DNA from: Gekko japonicus
Taxonomy: Eukaryota
Direction of reading: 5' to 3'
DNA: 59,943 nucleotides
NCBI RefSeq assembly: GCF_001447785.1
Contig: NW_015174376.1
Coordinates: 42,041 to 101,983 of the forward strand
In this document: positions 1 through 12,131 of the stretch, in pieces
How positions within the stretch are numbered: the stretch's first letter is position 1
Layout of the letters: each line of letters begins with the position of its first letter
Program-made: the position numbers and the translations under genes
Notes under the pieces: generated by a model
The model's input: the letters and a program-made list of their open reading frames with translations, nothing else
What the model was told of the DNA's origin: nothing
Databases searched by the model: none

Positions 1-910
1 CTTAATGATGGAGGCCCAGGTGGCAGCCTTTTACCATCTTCAGCTGGTGCGGCAGTTGGTCCCCTTTCTCAGCCGCGAAGACCTAGCCACAGTGATCCAT
101 GCGACGGTCACCTCAAGGCTAGACTACTGCAACGCTCTCTACATGGGGCTGCCTTTGTCGCTAATTTGGAGGCTACAGCTAGTGCAGAATGCGGCGGCCA
201 GGCTGGTTGCTGGTGCCTCAAAACGGGACCACATCCAGCCTGTGCTCAAAGCGCTGCACTGGCTGCCTATAGCATACCGGATCCGCTTCAAAGTGCTGGT
301 GCTTACCTTTAAAGCCCTACATGGCCAGGGTCCGGCATACCTGAGGGACCGCCTTTCCCCACACAGATCCCAAAGAGCACTTCGGTCGGGGTCACAACAT
401 CATCTTGCGACTCCGGGCCCTAAAGAGGCCAGGCTTGCTGCCACAAGGGCTAGGTCCTTTTCGGAGGTAGCTCTCTTCTGGTGGAATGAGCTCCCGGAAG
501 AGATCAGGGCCCTGTGGGACCTGTTACAGTTCCGCAGGGCCTGTAAGACGGAGCTCTTCCGCCAGGCTTTCGAATAGGAGCCGCCGCCGCTACCACTACC
601 ACCAACAGGGACCATATAGCAGCACCGCTGGATGCGGCTGAGTGGCCAATGACACCGGGGGGCCACAGCATTCCCCCTCTGGATTCAAGGGCATGTGCAA
701 TATGGAGAGAGGGTGCTTGTCACGCAGGATCCTTGGGCGTCGCCCAGTGTACCTAACTGTTCTTAATTGTTTTATTGTGTTTTTATCGCACTGTGTGCCA
801 TATTGTGGAACTATGGTGCCGCATTGCACCCGTATGTTGTAAGCCGCCCTGAGCCCGCATGCGGGGAGGGCGGGGTATAAATAAAATTAAATAAATAAAA
901 TAAATAAAAT
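1..910 (+). mobile_element. L2-clade LINE 3' fragment (ORF2 C-terminus 5-577, 3' UTR, A-rich tail)
   Basis: ORF has L2 motifs TSRLDYCNALYMGLP, LQLVQNAAARL, LHWLPI..RIRFK; 3' end TGTAAGCCGCCCTGAG...(AAAT)n at ~838-910. Confidence 0.92.
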
Positions 911-1124
911 ACATCTGACCTGGAAATCCTTTTTCACTGAGTGGCTGCTGATTTCATTTATGAACTGAAGTAAGATGAGGCAATGGCACTACCCACATGT
1001 ATCCTACCCACATGCTAGAGGAAATTTTTTAGGTCAAGTGGTAGCCAGGTGCCTAGATATTTGCACTCATTATTAACAGCATGCTGTCAATCATAACAGA
1101 TCCTTGTGGGAGAGGCAGGATATC

Positions 1125-1487
1125 TGTAATATATATATGGGGCTAGCCAATTCAAGAGGTTTAGAATAAAGCCTGCTTTTATTTATGTAATGTATCCAGT
1201 CCAGACAAGTCCAGACAAGTCCAGAGACAAATGCAGAGCTTCGCTCCAAGAGACAATGGATTATGCGAATCCTAGCCCACTCCAATCAAGGGGCTAGGTT
1301 CCTGGCCAAGAGCCTGTGGGACTCTCGGCCACTGTAAATAACCTATAGGGAAGTAGGGGTGTGTTTTGGGTGGCGGTTTCTCGGGGGATATAAGCCGGCC
1401 TGCGAGCCGGCCAAAGTCGTCTTGTTCCTAATCAAATAAAGTACGCTTTGCTGAAATCACTCTCCATCTGCGTACTTTTCAATTTAC
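1125..1487 (+). mobile_element. Candidate solo LTR
   Basis: Starts TGTAAT, TATA-like GATATAAG ~1387, AATAAA 1435, ends ...TTTAC(A); flanks TATC/TATT resemble a 4-bp TSD; internal 10-bp tandem AGTCCAGACA; CpG-rich relative to flanks. Confidence 0.55.
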
Positions 1488-2721
1488 TATTAGTTTCCCC
1501 AAGATTCAGCCATCCCTATCAATTTGGACTACAGAAGCAGTGACCCTTTTTGTAAAGCTGATAGAATCCCTAACAATAAAGTTGCATTCATAGTACTTTC
1601 ACTAACCTACCCTTTCATCCCATTTATGTTTTCATATGAAATAGAAAATCTATATTCAAATAGATAACCTTTCCTAAAAAGTGATACAGAAACCAGCACT
1701 GTGGCCATTTTCTTTTTAATGGAAGGCAGTCTGCTATTCTACATGGTTTTGGATTGAAAATGTAAATGAGGTCTCTTTCAATTACAGAGCATGTTCTCCA
1801 TTCCATGCTATACACAGATATGGTAGCCTTATTTCAATGTTCTTGTAATAAATTACACAGGAAGAAAATTGATATGCTAATTTATCTAATGCAAAAAAGT
1901 TAGATGTTATTATACATAACGTTAGTGTGATCTATTTCAGTTCAACCTGGAAAGCAGGATGTTATTTTATAATAAAGAGGGCTTACACTACTAATTAACA
2001 TCATAGCATTTTGAACAAAATCTGCTAAGTACATTCCACTGCACATTTAATTCAAATTGAAAGTGATAAATACCATAGGTTAAATCAATACTAATTATCT
2101 CTTACAAAACATCTGCCAGCTTACAAATTTGAAGACATACAGAAAGTTAAGGCAAAAGTAAATATACTTTGCAGAGCCATATCATGGATTGTGATTAAAG
2201 GGTGTGCAAGACTTCCTTACTTACTTAAGAATACCTCCGTCATAAGACAAGAGGCCAACCCATATTTCAGCTGGTGAGAATTCTATCATTAGTCAGGCCA
2301 GGTGCACCTTGACATCAATTATTCTAATTAGAGTAAAATTAAACCATTAAAAGCAACTTTAGAGCCCTAAGAATTATTTACTGCTTCCCAGACAAGCAAA
2401 TGGTGCATTTTGTGCCAGAAAACCTGCTTGTCTTTCATAAGATTAATAACTCTAATACTTTTTTTTTATTTGATGCTCTATTATACTAAAGTTCAGCAGC
2501 AATTTATATAGCACACTAGCTCAACTGATTTCCATTAAACTGCCTAATCTCTGAAAAGAATGTTATGAGAGAAATTATTATATGAAAATTTTATAAATCC
2601 CTTGACTCACATGTATTCAAGTACCAGGGTGAATCGAAGTTAAGGGTTTATTGCAGGACTTCACCAACTAATTAACCATAGGTAGAAGAGTCCCATTTCT
2701 TTATTTTGATGTGACTGCCTA

Positions 2722-2938
2722 CAGTTGTCAGCCTCCCAGTGGGGCCTGGAGTTCTCCTGAAATTACAGCTGATCTCCAGATCGCAGAGATCAGTTCCCCT
2801 GGAGTAAACGGCAGCTTCAGAGGGCAGACTCTGTTGGTATACCATAGATTCTAGGTGAAATCCCTTCACAAATTTCCCCCTTCACAGGCACCACCTCCAA
2901 ATCTCCAAGAAACTCCCAGACCAGGGTTGGGAACTCTA
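2722..2938 (+). mobile_element. MITE with (TAGG)GTTGCCA-type ends
   Basis: Same sequence family as 3096-3303, 27968-28145, 54486-54670 and 55862-56045 (GATCAGTTCCCCTGGAG, CCAAATCTCCAGG, GTTGGCAAC). Confidence 0.75.
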
Positions 2939-3095
2939 TGACAGCCTGCTCCCAAGGGGGTTAGATACTTGTCCATGATATTAACAAAAGGGAAGGTCCT
3001 TACTAGTAATGAATGGACATCCCAATGTTTAACTTGAGTCCGCACACATTTGTGTAAATATGTTCTGTCAGGATGTTTGCAAAATTTGTGCATCA

Positions 3096-3303
3096 TGGTT
3101 GCTAACTCTGAGTTGGGAAATACCTGGAGATGTGGGGACAGAGCCTGGGGAGAGTGGAGTTTTGGGAGGGGAGGGAGCTCTGTGGGGATTTGGTGTCATT
3201 AGGTCCACTATCCAAATCTGCAATTTTCTCTAGGGAAACTGGCCTCTGGAGACTGGAGAGCCATTGTAATTCCAGGAGAACTCTAGGCCGCACCTGTTGG
3301 TTA
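3096..3303 (-). mobile_element. MITE, same GTTGCCA family, inverted
   Basis: Reverse-complement similarity to 2722-2938. Confidence 0.7.
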
Positions 3304-3527
3304 GTGTGTTCATGCACATGCAGTCAGGTGCCCAACCCTCCCTGCCCATTCTCTCCTTTCTAAGTATAAAACATTTCTTTTCAGAAGCAGGAGGAGTTTA
3401 ACCAGTTCAGGAGATGGTTCTTCACACAGGTGATAGGACCTGACCTTTCCAGCAAGTTACTCTTCACAGACTTTCCCAACAAGCATTTGTTTCCTCAGCT
3501 TCCCTGAAGGCAAAACAATACAAAAAC

Positions 3528-3641
3528 CCTACAATTCCCTTCATCATGAAAAATCAAAAACTCACAGAACTCAAGTAAACCTACAATTCCCTTCATCATA
3601 AAGGTATTATAAAAATCAAAAACTCACAGAACTCAAGTAAA
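3528..3641. repeat. Local tandem duplication (52 bp + 62 bp)
   Basis: CCTACAATTCCCTTCATCAT...CTCACAGAACTCAAGTAAA occurs twice; the copies differ by a ~10-bp indel. Confidence 0.9.
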
Positions 3642-6600
3642 GTAAAAACACCGTCTGAATCCTAATGCTATTGATCTTCAGACATGTTCAAATCTGTGGG
3701 TTCCTAGGCCACACACCTGCCATGTGTCAGGGTCTAGTTTGGCTGAAGTGCCTTCCTTTGACATCAAATAGAAAGGGCTGGGAACTGAGACCACCCTATT
3801 TCACCTTCTCTCCTTTAACTCAACTCACTTTGAGCTGGGAGCCAGAACGGGTACATCCTTGGCCAATTCACTCAAACCTTTAAAGGCCCTTATCAGGAAT
3901 GCAGCATGTCCAGAAGCCCTATTGGGGGCACAGCTGTGAGGAACCAAGAGCTGCCTCAGAGCAATCTCTTCACTGTTGCTGCTCCCCTTTTTCATCCCAC
4001 CATAGTGGAGCCACTAGTGACTAGACAACTGATTGTCACAGTGCTGGCTGCTAAGGAGCCAGCTGTCATTGATCAGCCAGCCAGCTTGAAGATCTTTACA
4101 GGGTATGCCCACGTCCCCACTGGGACTAATGGAAGTCTGACACATTGAGGTGCAAAAAGGAGTAGGTCTGATGTTACCCCTGCTTACCTCTGACACAGTC
4201 TTATGATATTCATTTTCCACCAGTCTTTTCAAATTCCTCAACTGGTACCTATACCTAGACATAGGTATGATTATATCTATGAGGATAAAATGGGAGTTTA
4301 AATAAATATCACTAGCAGCCTTTTGGCATTTGAAATGTCAGTGTTCATTTCCACATGCAAAATTCATTTCAAGTAAAAGACAGTCATTTTTTTTAAAAAG
4401 CCAGTATGAAATTTCTGTCATGAAAATCATTGTGCCATTTTCAAACAGCCCTTAAACAAATTCTAACATCATACATGAGTGCAAAAGGAGGGGCAAAACT
4501 GAGTAGTGAAATTAATTCAGATCACTACAGACATCCATTTCTGGCATTCAACCATTTCTATCCTTCGTGGCAAATCCCCTCGAATAGAATGAAAGAAATA
4601 CTAATTTTGATCAAATGAAGGATATTCGTTTCTAAATCTGGAAAGTAAAAGCAATTCCTGCCACTCATGCTCTATCCTCAGAATTTCAAGTTTTACAACA
4701 TAAATGATGGCAACTGTAAAGGTCTGAGCAGGAGATACCACCCCTCAGCTAGTCATCCTTTGCCTGAGAAATAACATACATTTTGGATGGGCATATTGAT
4801 TGAGTTACTTTTTCTAGGCTAGACATCCTTTCAAGTTCTCATTGCTGGCTAACTACATGCCTGAAGGATAGCATAATTAGTAAAGTTATCTAAACATCTT
4901 TGGGGGGAAACAAACACATATGCTTTCCTAACTAAACTTTGCCATCCAAAGCTTTAATCACTGAAATCATAATTAAAGCAGTGTAACCTTAACAGAGTAC
5001 AAGGTAATGATTCATAAGATTCAAGCATATACCACAGAATTATAATTGTTTTCCTCTCTTCTCTAAATTTCAATTGGAGTTCAGATTTAAGTCATAATTT
5101 GGCATCATGCTGGGCTACCTTTCTCCTTCACAATTCTTTGTTTTATCATTTTATCCTCACATTCCATGACTGGGCTGCTAAAAAACAAGTAGCTCTTCAA
5201 GTACATACTATTACTAAGGTTCTTTTGATCAGTTGTTCTCACCACCACATTTAATGGGGGAGGGAGGATGAAGATACGCTTTATGGTTGCTAGGCAACTA
5301 CAGAATATATTTGTTCTCTTTCTTCCCCAAGAAAATGGAGGCTTGTGCAATAGCAGCACAGGGGACTGGTATGGAGCTGGGAGACTTGACTGGGAGAAAG
5401 GGAAGGAATGGGTTGGGCTGAGGAACAAGGAGGTAGAACTACACATTTTAAAATAAATAAGCTATTACAAAAGCTGCCCTTAGGTGGGAAAAAGGGGATC
5501 AAAAAGACTTCAGAATGGATCTGGGTTGGTCCCACTTTTAATGCATCCCTGCAATAAAAATATTCATTGCTAGATGATAACTACCTGAGTAAGGAAGAGA
5601 CTTTCTTCCATGCTGGTTTCAAAAACAGCATCCACATCTGCACCACTCTTAACACCCAAACAGTGCAGAAATCAATGGGTTAAGAAGGATGTAACTCTGC
5701 TTAGGATTGCACTGTGAGATTCTGTCACTTTTTGTGCCGAGTGACCCTGCTTCAGGAAAGTAACTGGCTCATCACAGAGGTTTTTGCCACATTCTGGAGT
5801 ACTGTGTCACCTCAATGCTTGTATTTTCATGGGTTGAAACTCCGAAGTCCATCTCCACCTTAGGTCTATTTAAACATGTTTCTCGTGCCATATATTTACA
5901 TAGCAAATGACTGGGAAAGAATGTTGATTACATAAGTCCTGAACTGATCTTCAATGTTTTCATCAACTGATTATTCAGCAATTAACTTCATTTCCATTTT
6001 TAAAACAAACCATTATCTGAGCCAGCCAATTAAGTTTACCATGCAATGAGATATTTAAAAAATAAACAAATAATCTATTTTTGTTTATTAATGTGTGAAT
6101 AGTTCAGAAAGAGAATAAAACTGAGGAATCAGCATAGACAACTGGGGATACTTAGCCATTTTTAGAACAGAGGACAGCATGCTGCGTTACTGTGATTTAT
6201 ATGGGATGCAAGTTCAAATGTTTGTAATCTTTTAGGGGAATTACAAATGCAATTTGGTTCAGACGTGAGCAGAAGTAGACTAATTCAATTTGGTTAGTCA
6301 ACAAACAAGCAGATGTAGCAACAGTTCATTGCCTGCTCAGTTTCCACTTGCCATTTTCAGTTCAAATGCTGTGTGGCAGCTGCTCTCTAGATGGACAGTA
6401 AGGGCCAAACTAAGAGAGCCCTTCTGTAATTTGACAAAGGCTCACCCAAACTACAAGGGGTGTAGCTGAAATGTGGGAAAACATGGCCACGTATGCCAGA
6501 GGTTGCAGAATGGTTCCAGATAAAATCCCTGAAAGCTATGCTTCTTCACCTGTTTGACTTAATCACATGCCCAGGACATATTTTACAAATGTCAAGGCTG

Positions 6601-7284
6601 GCTGTGGTGGGAGAAAACAGACCCCTTTAAGCATTCCAAAATTTTGAATACTCCTGAGTTATAATGAAGAGCAAATAGTAGGGGCCCGTAGCTTAATGGC
6701 CCGAAGAACATCCACAACAAAGAAAAACTGAATCAAAACGAAATTCAACCCATGTTCAACCTGTAACTGCTCACATTTTTACAAGCATCTCTGCTGAACA
6801 TTCCAAAATGCTTGATGTTAACAGCCTCATTCCCACCTGCCCTCCTCTCAATCTTGCCCTGGTCCAGCCTTAGGGAGTCCACCCCTCTTCAGTCTTGGCC
6901 AACTGGTTGGGTTTGCAGTCTTTGTGGAGCCTGGCCATGTCTGTGGGGATTCTTTAGCTTTACTTGTAGAGGCTGGTAGTTCCTCAGCATTGGCTGGTGA
7001 TGTCATCAGCCAGTGAAAGAGGCTAAAGACTTCTCCTGGGACCAGCTCTGGCTTGGATGGGTTCTCCAGTTCCCTCACAGGTCTTCCCTCACTGGTTTCA
7101 GCAGTGCCAGGTCCCCCAGTAGTGCTCAGCCCTAGCTTCCGTGGCAGCAGCAGTTTGGCAGTTGGAGATGATGGCGGTGCCTGGGTTTGCATTCCTGTGG
7201 TTACCCAAACTGGTAACTTCCAAACGTTCAGTAAGTACAATACTGGAAGCTCAGATAAAATGTATACTGCAGCTTAGGAAAGGT

Positions 7285-7516
7285 GTTGTTGTTGTTCAGT
7301 CGCACAGTCGAGTCTGATTCTTTGTGACCCATGGACCACATCATGCCAGGCCCTCCTGTCTTCTCCTGTCCTCCGGAGTGTGCTTATTTTCATGTTCGTT
7401 GCATCAATAATACTGTCCAACCATCTCATCCTTTGCCGTCCCCTTCTTCTTTGACCTTCAATCTTTCCCAGTATCAGTGCCTTCTCCAGTGAATGCTCCC
7501 TTCTCATTTGGTGGCC
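7285..7516 (-). mobile_element. RTE-BovB LINE 3' fragment
   Basis: FGHQMRREHSLEKALILGKIEGQRRRGRQRMRWLDS; (CAA)n tail; 6-bp TSD AAAGGT at 7279-7284 and 7517-7522. Confidence 0.93.
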
Positions 7517-8026
7517 AAAGGTACAAATAGGTATAAAAAAGGCCTGCATGTTAATGAACAAAATAATAGAAGCAGTAAAAGCTAAGAAAGATTCCTTTAA
7601 GCAGTGGAAGGCTAGTCCAAGTGAGGTAAATAAAAGAGAGCACGGGCTTTGACAAATAAAATACAAGTCAATGATCAGAGAGGCAAAAAGGAACTATGAA
7701 GAACACATTGCAAAAAAACATAAAGACCAACAACAAAAATGTCTTCAAGTACAAGACAAGCAGAAAACCAGCCAAGGAGGCATTGGGGCCCTTGGATGAC
7801 CAAGGGTTGAAAGGGTTACTAATGGATGACAAGTAAATAGCAGAGAAGCTGGATGCATTTTTTGCCTCTCTTTTCACTGTGGAATGTGGGAGGTGCTTGC
7901 CCACTCTGGAACAGCCGATTTCAGGAGGACTGTCGAAAGACTTGAGTCAGATTAAGTTGATGCGAGAGGAAGTCCTATGACTGATAGACAAATTAAAAAC
8001 TGGCAGATCACCAGGCCCAGATGGCA

Positions 8027-8916
8027 TACATAGGGCAAGCAGGTCAAACCCTACGCCAAAAGATAAATGGACACAAATCAGACATCAAGAATCACAAGAC
8101 TGAGAAATCTGTAGGAGAACACTTCAGCCTTTTAGGACATTCAATGGGTAACCTCAAAGTAGTTGTTTTATTTCAAAGGAACTTCAGGAACAGACTGGAA
8201 AGGAACATTGCTGAATTACAAGTAATTACAACACTTGGTACAACCCCCCCCCCCGGACTTAACAGGGATATTGGTTTCTTATCTCACTACATATGCTAAA
8301 CTCATTCAGTCGTTATATATGTATTCTCACCAAGAAGGGCTATACATCCTCTTTGTTTTAGTGAATTTCGGGAGGTGCTTGCCCACTCTGGAACAGCCGA
8401 GTGTAATATAATGCAATGAATATTGGAATGCATTTCTCTGATCTGGTGACAGAGGAGACATAACACTGCACAACCATTCACCCCACCTCAAAGAAAATGA
8501 TGCTGTTAGTTACCTCCATGCTTGAGAGGAGATGATTGGAGCATAACAACAGGGTCTCAATTAATTACTTTTAGCATTCCACAATTAAGAAGGATACATT
8601 TACACATCAGTCTCCTATTTGCTTCACTGTCTTTCTCCCTTAATTAAATCAAAACAAATGATTACCATATAAACCTAGGTTGCTATTCTTGTTTGGTCTT
8701 TGCATCTGTTAAAACATCTTCATTATGTTGTATGCTAATTTGCTGTTTTCTCTCTGCCTATATGTATGGACTGTTAACTTCCATTTCAATGTATCTGAGG
8801 AAGTGTGCGTGCACACAAAAGCTCATACCTTGAATATAACTTTGTTGATCTAAAATGGGCCACTGAACTCAAACTTTGTTCTACTGCTTCAGACCAACAA
8901 GGTTCCCCACCTGGAT
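8027..8916 (+). mobile_element. Penelope-like element 3' fragment with GIY-YIG endonuclease (ORF 8021-8299)
   Basis: YIGQAGQTLRQKINGHKSDIKN...VGEHFS...R..AE...GLN motifs; colinear with copy at 32246-33480; ends in a hammerhead-bearing terminal repeat. Confidence 0.88.
8791..8828 (+). ncRNA. Minimal hammerhead ribozyme, mutated (GAAA->AAAA)
   Basis: gtat-CTGAGGA-a-gtgtgc gt gcacac-AAAA-gcTC-atac. Confidence 0.7.
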
Positions 8917-9647
8917 ATAAAGATATAATTATTAAGCATATTGAGGAACAAAGCCTGCAAAGGGAAAATCAGCATACCTTCTGCAAAGTGGAGTTCTGCC
9001 TCACCAGTCTTCTGAAGTTCTTTGAGCCCAGGTTAACAAGCATGTGGAAAAGGGTGATCTGGTATACATTTTATACTTCGGTCTTCCCACCTCCAATGTC
9101 CACACCCCAAAGTGTGTGCAACATATCCTCATTCTGTGCACCTTACCATCTGAGCTATGGGTATCCTGACTGAGGATTTATGTAGTGCTTGGGTGATTTG
9201 TAATTGGTTGTGGGTTTTGTTGGTATCCTACCCTGAGCCATAGGTTTGGGAATCTAGTGGGAGGCTTGGGAGAGGGACTTGTATTACATGACACTGACCT
9301 TTATGGAAATGTTTCCCAGTTACAACAGGTAACTGGTATAATGTTACACCAGAGTCAGAGCAGGGAGCAAGCTGTAGATGCTTAAGATATTGACTAAGTT
9401 GAACTCTGCCTCCAACGTGCCCCTAATGCTGCTCAGTTCTACACCAGTGCTCAGGTTACAGAAGCACAGTGCCAGAATGGTGCCAGCACACCTTTGCACT
9501 ACCATACATCATGATAAACTGGCATATCTCACCATTATGCCAGTGCAGGTGTCAGTATCCTAAGCTATTCAGAGACAGAGTTTAGGGTTGCTTTCTAAAA
9601 GATGTAATAGACAAATAAATATCAGAAGTTTGGGAGATGAAGAGTTT

Positions 9648-10324
9648 TGTACACACTCATTGTTGCTTATAACCTTAGTATTCCCAAGTTATTAATACAA
9701 TGATGATATTATATTGGTGTGATGACTTATTTAAGTTGACTTTATTTTCTATAAATGAAAGCAGGGTGGATCCAATCATCCTCCAAACAAGCCTAAGAAG
9801 CCTTCCTCCAATGTAAGTGGTTTTTCCTCCAATGGAAGTGCCACTGCAGTTGGAGGAAGGTTCCTTAGATTGGAAGGAGCTGTCAAACCCTGTCCTCTGC
9901 AAGATTTATCTGTCTCCTTCTATCATTGTCTTCTGCAAGTGCATAAAGACTTTAGTTTTGCTTGGCATTCCCTCACTAACTCTTCTTAGCCCTCACCCTT
10001 TTTGTCTGTTTGTATGCATTCATGTGTTTTGTTTTTGCTGTGTATGAAATGGAATGTAATGAATGTATTGAGCTTGAGCCTGACCAAGGTAGTGTAAACC
10101 GATCTATCAGAACAAAGGAAGTTCTGGAGAGAAGCAAAGTGATTGGTCTTTATGTACTGTATTTGATTGGATCTTATCTGACATGTGGGCGTGGCTTGCC
10201 AAACCCAGCCTGTTTAAAAAGGAGCCTGTTGCTCCATAGTTTGTCTCGTTCTGGTTCTTCTGACTTTGTGTTCAATAAAGCTGTTATCACTGTTCACCTG
10301 CTGCCTCGAGTCTCGTATCTAACA
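9648..10324 (+). mobile_element. Candidate solo LTR
   Basis: TGT...CTAACA termini, possible 4-bp TSD GTTT (9644-9647 / 10325-10328), ATTGG (reverse CCAAT) boxes, GGGCGTGGC box, TTTAAAA TATA-like ~10213, AATAAA ~10274. 5' boundary is less certain. Confidence 0.6.
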
Positions 10325-10600
10325 GTTTTAAATGTGTTTGTGTTTTTAATGTTTTCAATGCTTGACTTGGTTTAATGTTTGCCACCTTGGAGACCCTGTA
10401 TTGGGTCAAAAAAGTGGCACATACATGTTTTAAATAAACTCAAGCCAGAAGGAAAGTTGGGGTACCAATATATCTAAATGGTAATGTGGTCAAATCCCCA
10501 GCAAACCCCCAGATTTATAGAAAAATCTGAAATAAAAAAACTGGAGTGTTAACACACAAACACACACAAATAATAGAAGCAATGCATGATGCTTTAAGAA

Positions 10601-11883
10601 TAGGGATGGGCACGACCCACATTTTCCAGTTCTGTTTGTGGCTGAACCATGAACCCGAACCACAAACCGATATGCCAGGTAGAGAACCGAACTGGTTCAT
10701 ATTGGTTTATGAGCCATTTAAAGTTTAAACTCGTTGTGAAGCAAAAAGCTTTCCCCAGCATCTCCCCAAAGGTTTAACGTGAACAGTGATGGGCCTTCAA
10801 GTGTCTTATGGGCCTTCAAGTGACTTATCATCTTCAAAGCCAAAGATGGAAGCCTGGTATTTAACTTCTCATGGGAATCTGTGATCTGTGATGGGAGGGG
10901 GGAAGTTGGGAGAAATGAGGTAATCTTCTAGAAGTTTCTCTTGGAGACATGTTCTGATTGGATGCCATCATTGCCTGCTGTGCTGGGCCAGAAAACTATC
11001 ATTGAACTCTGGTCCAGAAGAGAGGGTAGCTTCCTGAAATTTTCATGGATTGTGGGCCAAAATTATGATCTGCAATTGCTAGAAATGTAGACAATGCTAT
11101 TTGAGGCCTTCCTATTGAAATTAAGGTTTGTGCCACCTAACGCAGTTCTAAGTTTGGTGTAGTGGTTAAGTGTGCGGACTCTAATCTGGGAGAACCGGGT
11201 TTGATTCCCCCCTCCTCCACTTGCACCTGCTGATGTGACCTTGGGTCAGTCACAAGCTCTGGAACAGCTGTCCTTGAAAAAGAGCAGTTTGTGTCAGAGT
11301 TCTCTCAGCCCCACCCACCTCACAGGGTGTCTGTAGTGGGGAGGGGAAGGGAAAGGAGTTTGTAAGCTGCTCTGAGACTCCAAGTGAAGGGTAGGGTATA
11401 AATCCAATCTCTTCTTCTTCTTCTTCGTCTTCTTCGTGTTAGGTACTTGAAGCCAGCTTAGCTGATTTCTGTTCTGTATGTTTCAGAGTAATGTGTTAGT
11501 GGCCCTCCAAACCCCATTGAAAAGGACCACAGGGGTTTGCAGAAAGCCTGAAAAACAGCTGAGTGAGGAGGAGCAGCCTGCTCCCCACCACCCAGCTGTT
11601 TCAAGCGGTCTTGTGCAGTCCCTTTAAACAGGTCAAAACATGCTGCTTCCCACTGCTCAACAGTTTTTGCAGCTTTTGCAGGGAACAGAAAGCAGGGCGT
11701 TAACAGGATGTGGAGTCCTATTAAATCCCTGCTTTCTGTTCTGTCCACAAATCACCATGAACTGCTTTAAAGTTCATAGAAATTTGAGATGGTAGACCTA
11801 TCATGAACTTTGGTTTGAGAACCAAGAACAGAGCAAAATTCACAATGAATTTTGCTTTGTGGCTCAGTTGGTGCCAATTTCTA
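10601..11883. mobile_element. Non-autonomous DNA transposon with TAGGGATGGGCAC ends (hAT-like), SINE nested inside
   Basis: Left end TAGGGATGGGCACGA, degenerate right end GTGCCAATTTCTA; internal similarity to 33603-34016; no clean TSD. Confidence 0.55.
11151..11435 (+). mobile_element. tRNA-derived SINE (Squam3-like)
   Basis: Box A TGGTGTAGTGG, box B-like GGTTTGATTCC, body CCCACCCACCTCACAGGGTGT, (TTC)n tail; several copies in window. Confidence 0.88.
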
Positions 11884-11990
11884 ATCACCTTCCCTTCCTC
11901 TCCCCACAACAGTCATAATAACATAAGAGAAGCCAATGTTGGATCAGGCCAATGGCCCATCCAGTCCAACACTCTGTCACACAGTGTCAC

Positions 11991-12131
11991 CTTGTGAGGG
12001 ATTGATAGAGTTCTGAGAGAATTGTGAATGGCCCAAGGTCACCCAGCAGACTTCATGTGGAAGAGTGGGGAGTCAAACCCAGTTCTCCATATTAGATTCT
12101 GCTGCTCTTAACCACTATACCACGCTGGCTC
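11991..12131 (-). mobile_element. Squam3-like SINE, internally deleted; short CR1-type 3' tail just upstream (~11915-11985)
   Basis: Reverse complement of the SINE head: ...CTTAACCACTATACCACGCTGGCTC. Confidence 0.7.

Larger units (their letters stand above)
7236..9080 (+). mobile_element. Degraded CR1 LINE ORF2 fragment, interrupted by BovB (7285-7516) and Penelope (8027-8916)
   Basis: Translates as TILEAQIKCI..RKG / KAKKDSFKQWK / FFASLFT / SPGPDGIH, and after 8917 IIKHIEEQSL.RENQH.FCK...CLTSLLKFFE. Confidence 0.85.

Noticed and set aside
11151-11220. tRNA gene (A/B boxes)
   Set aside because: It is the head of a multi-copy SINE with body and tail; no complete cloverleaf.
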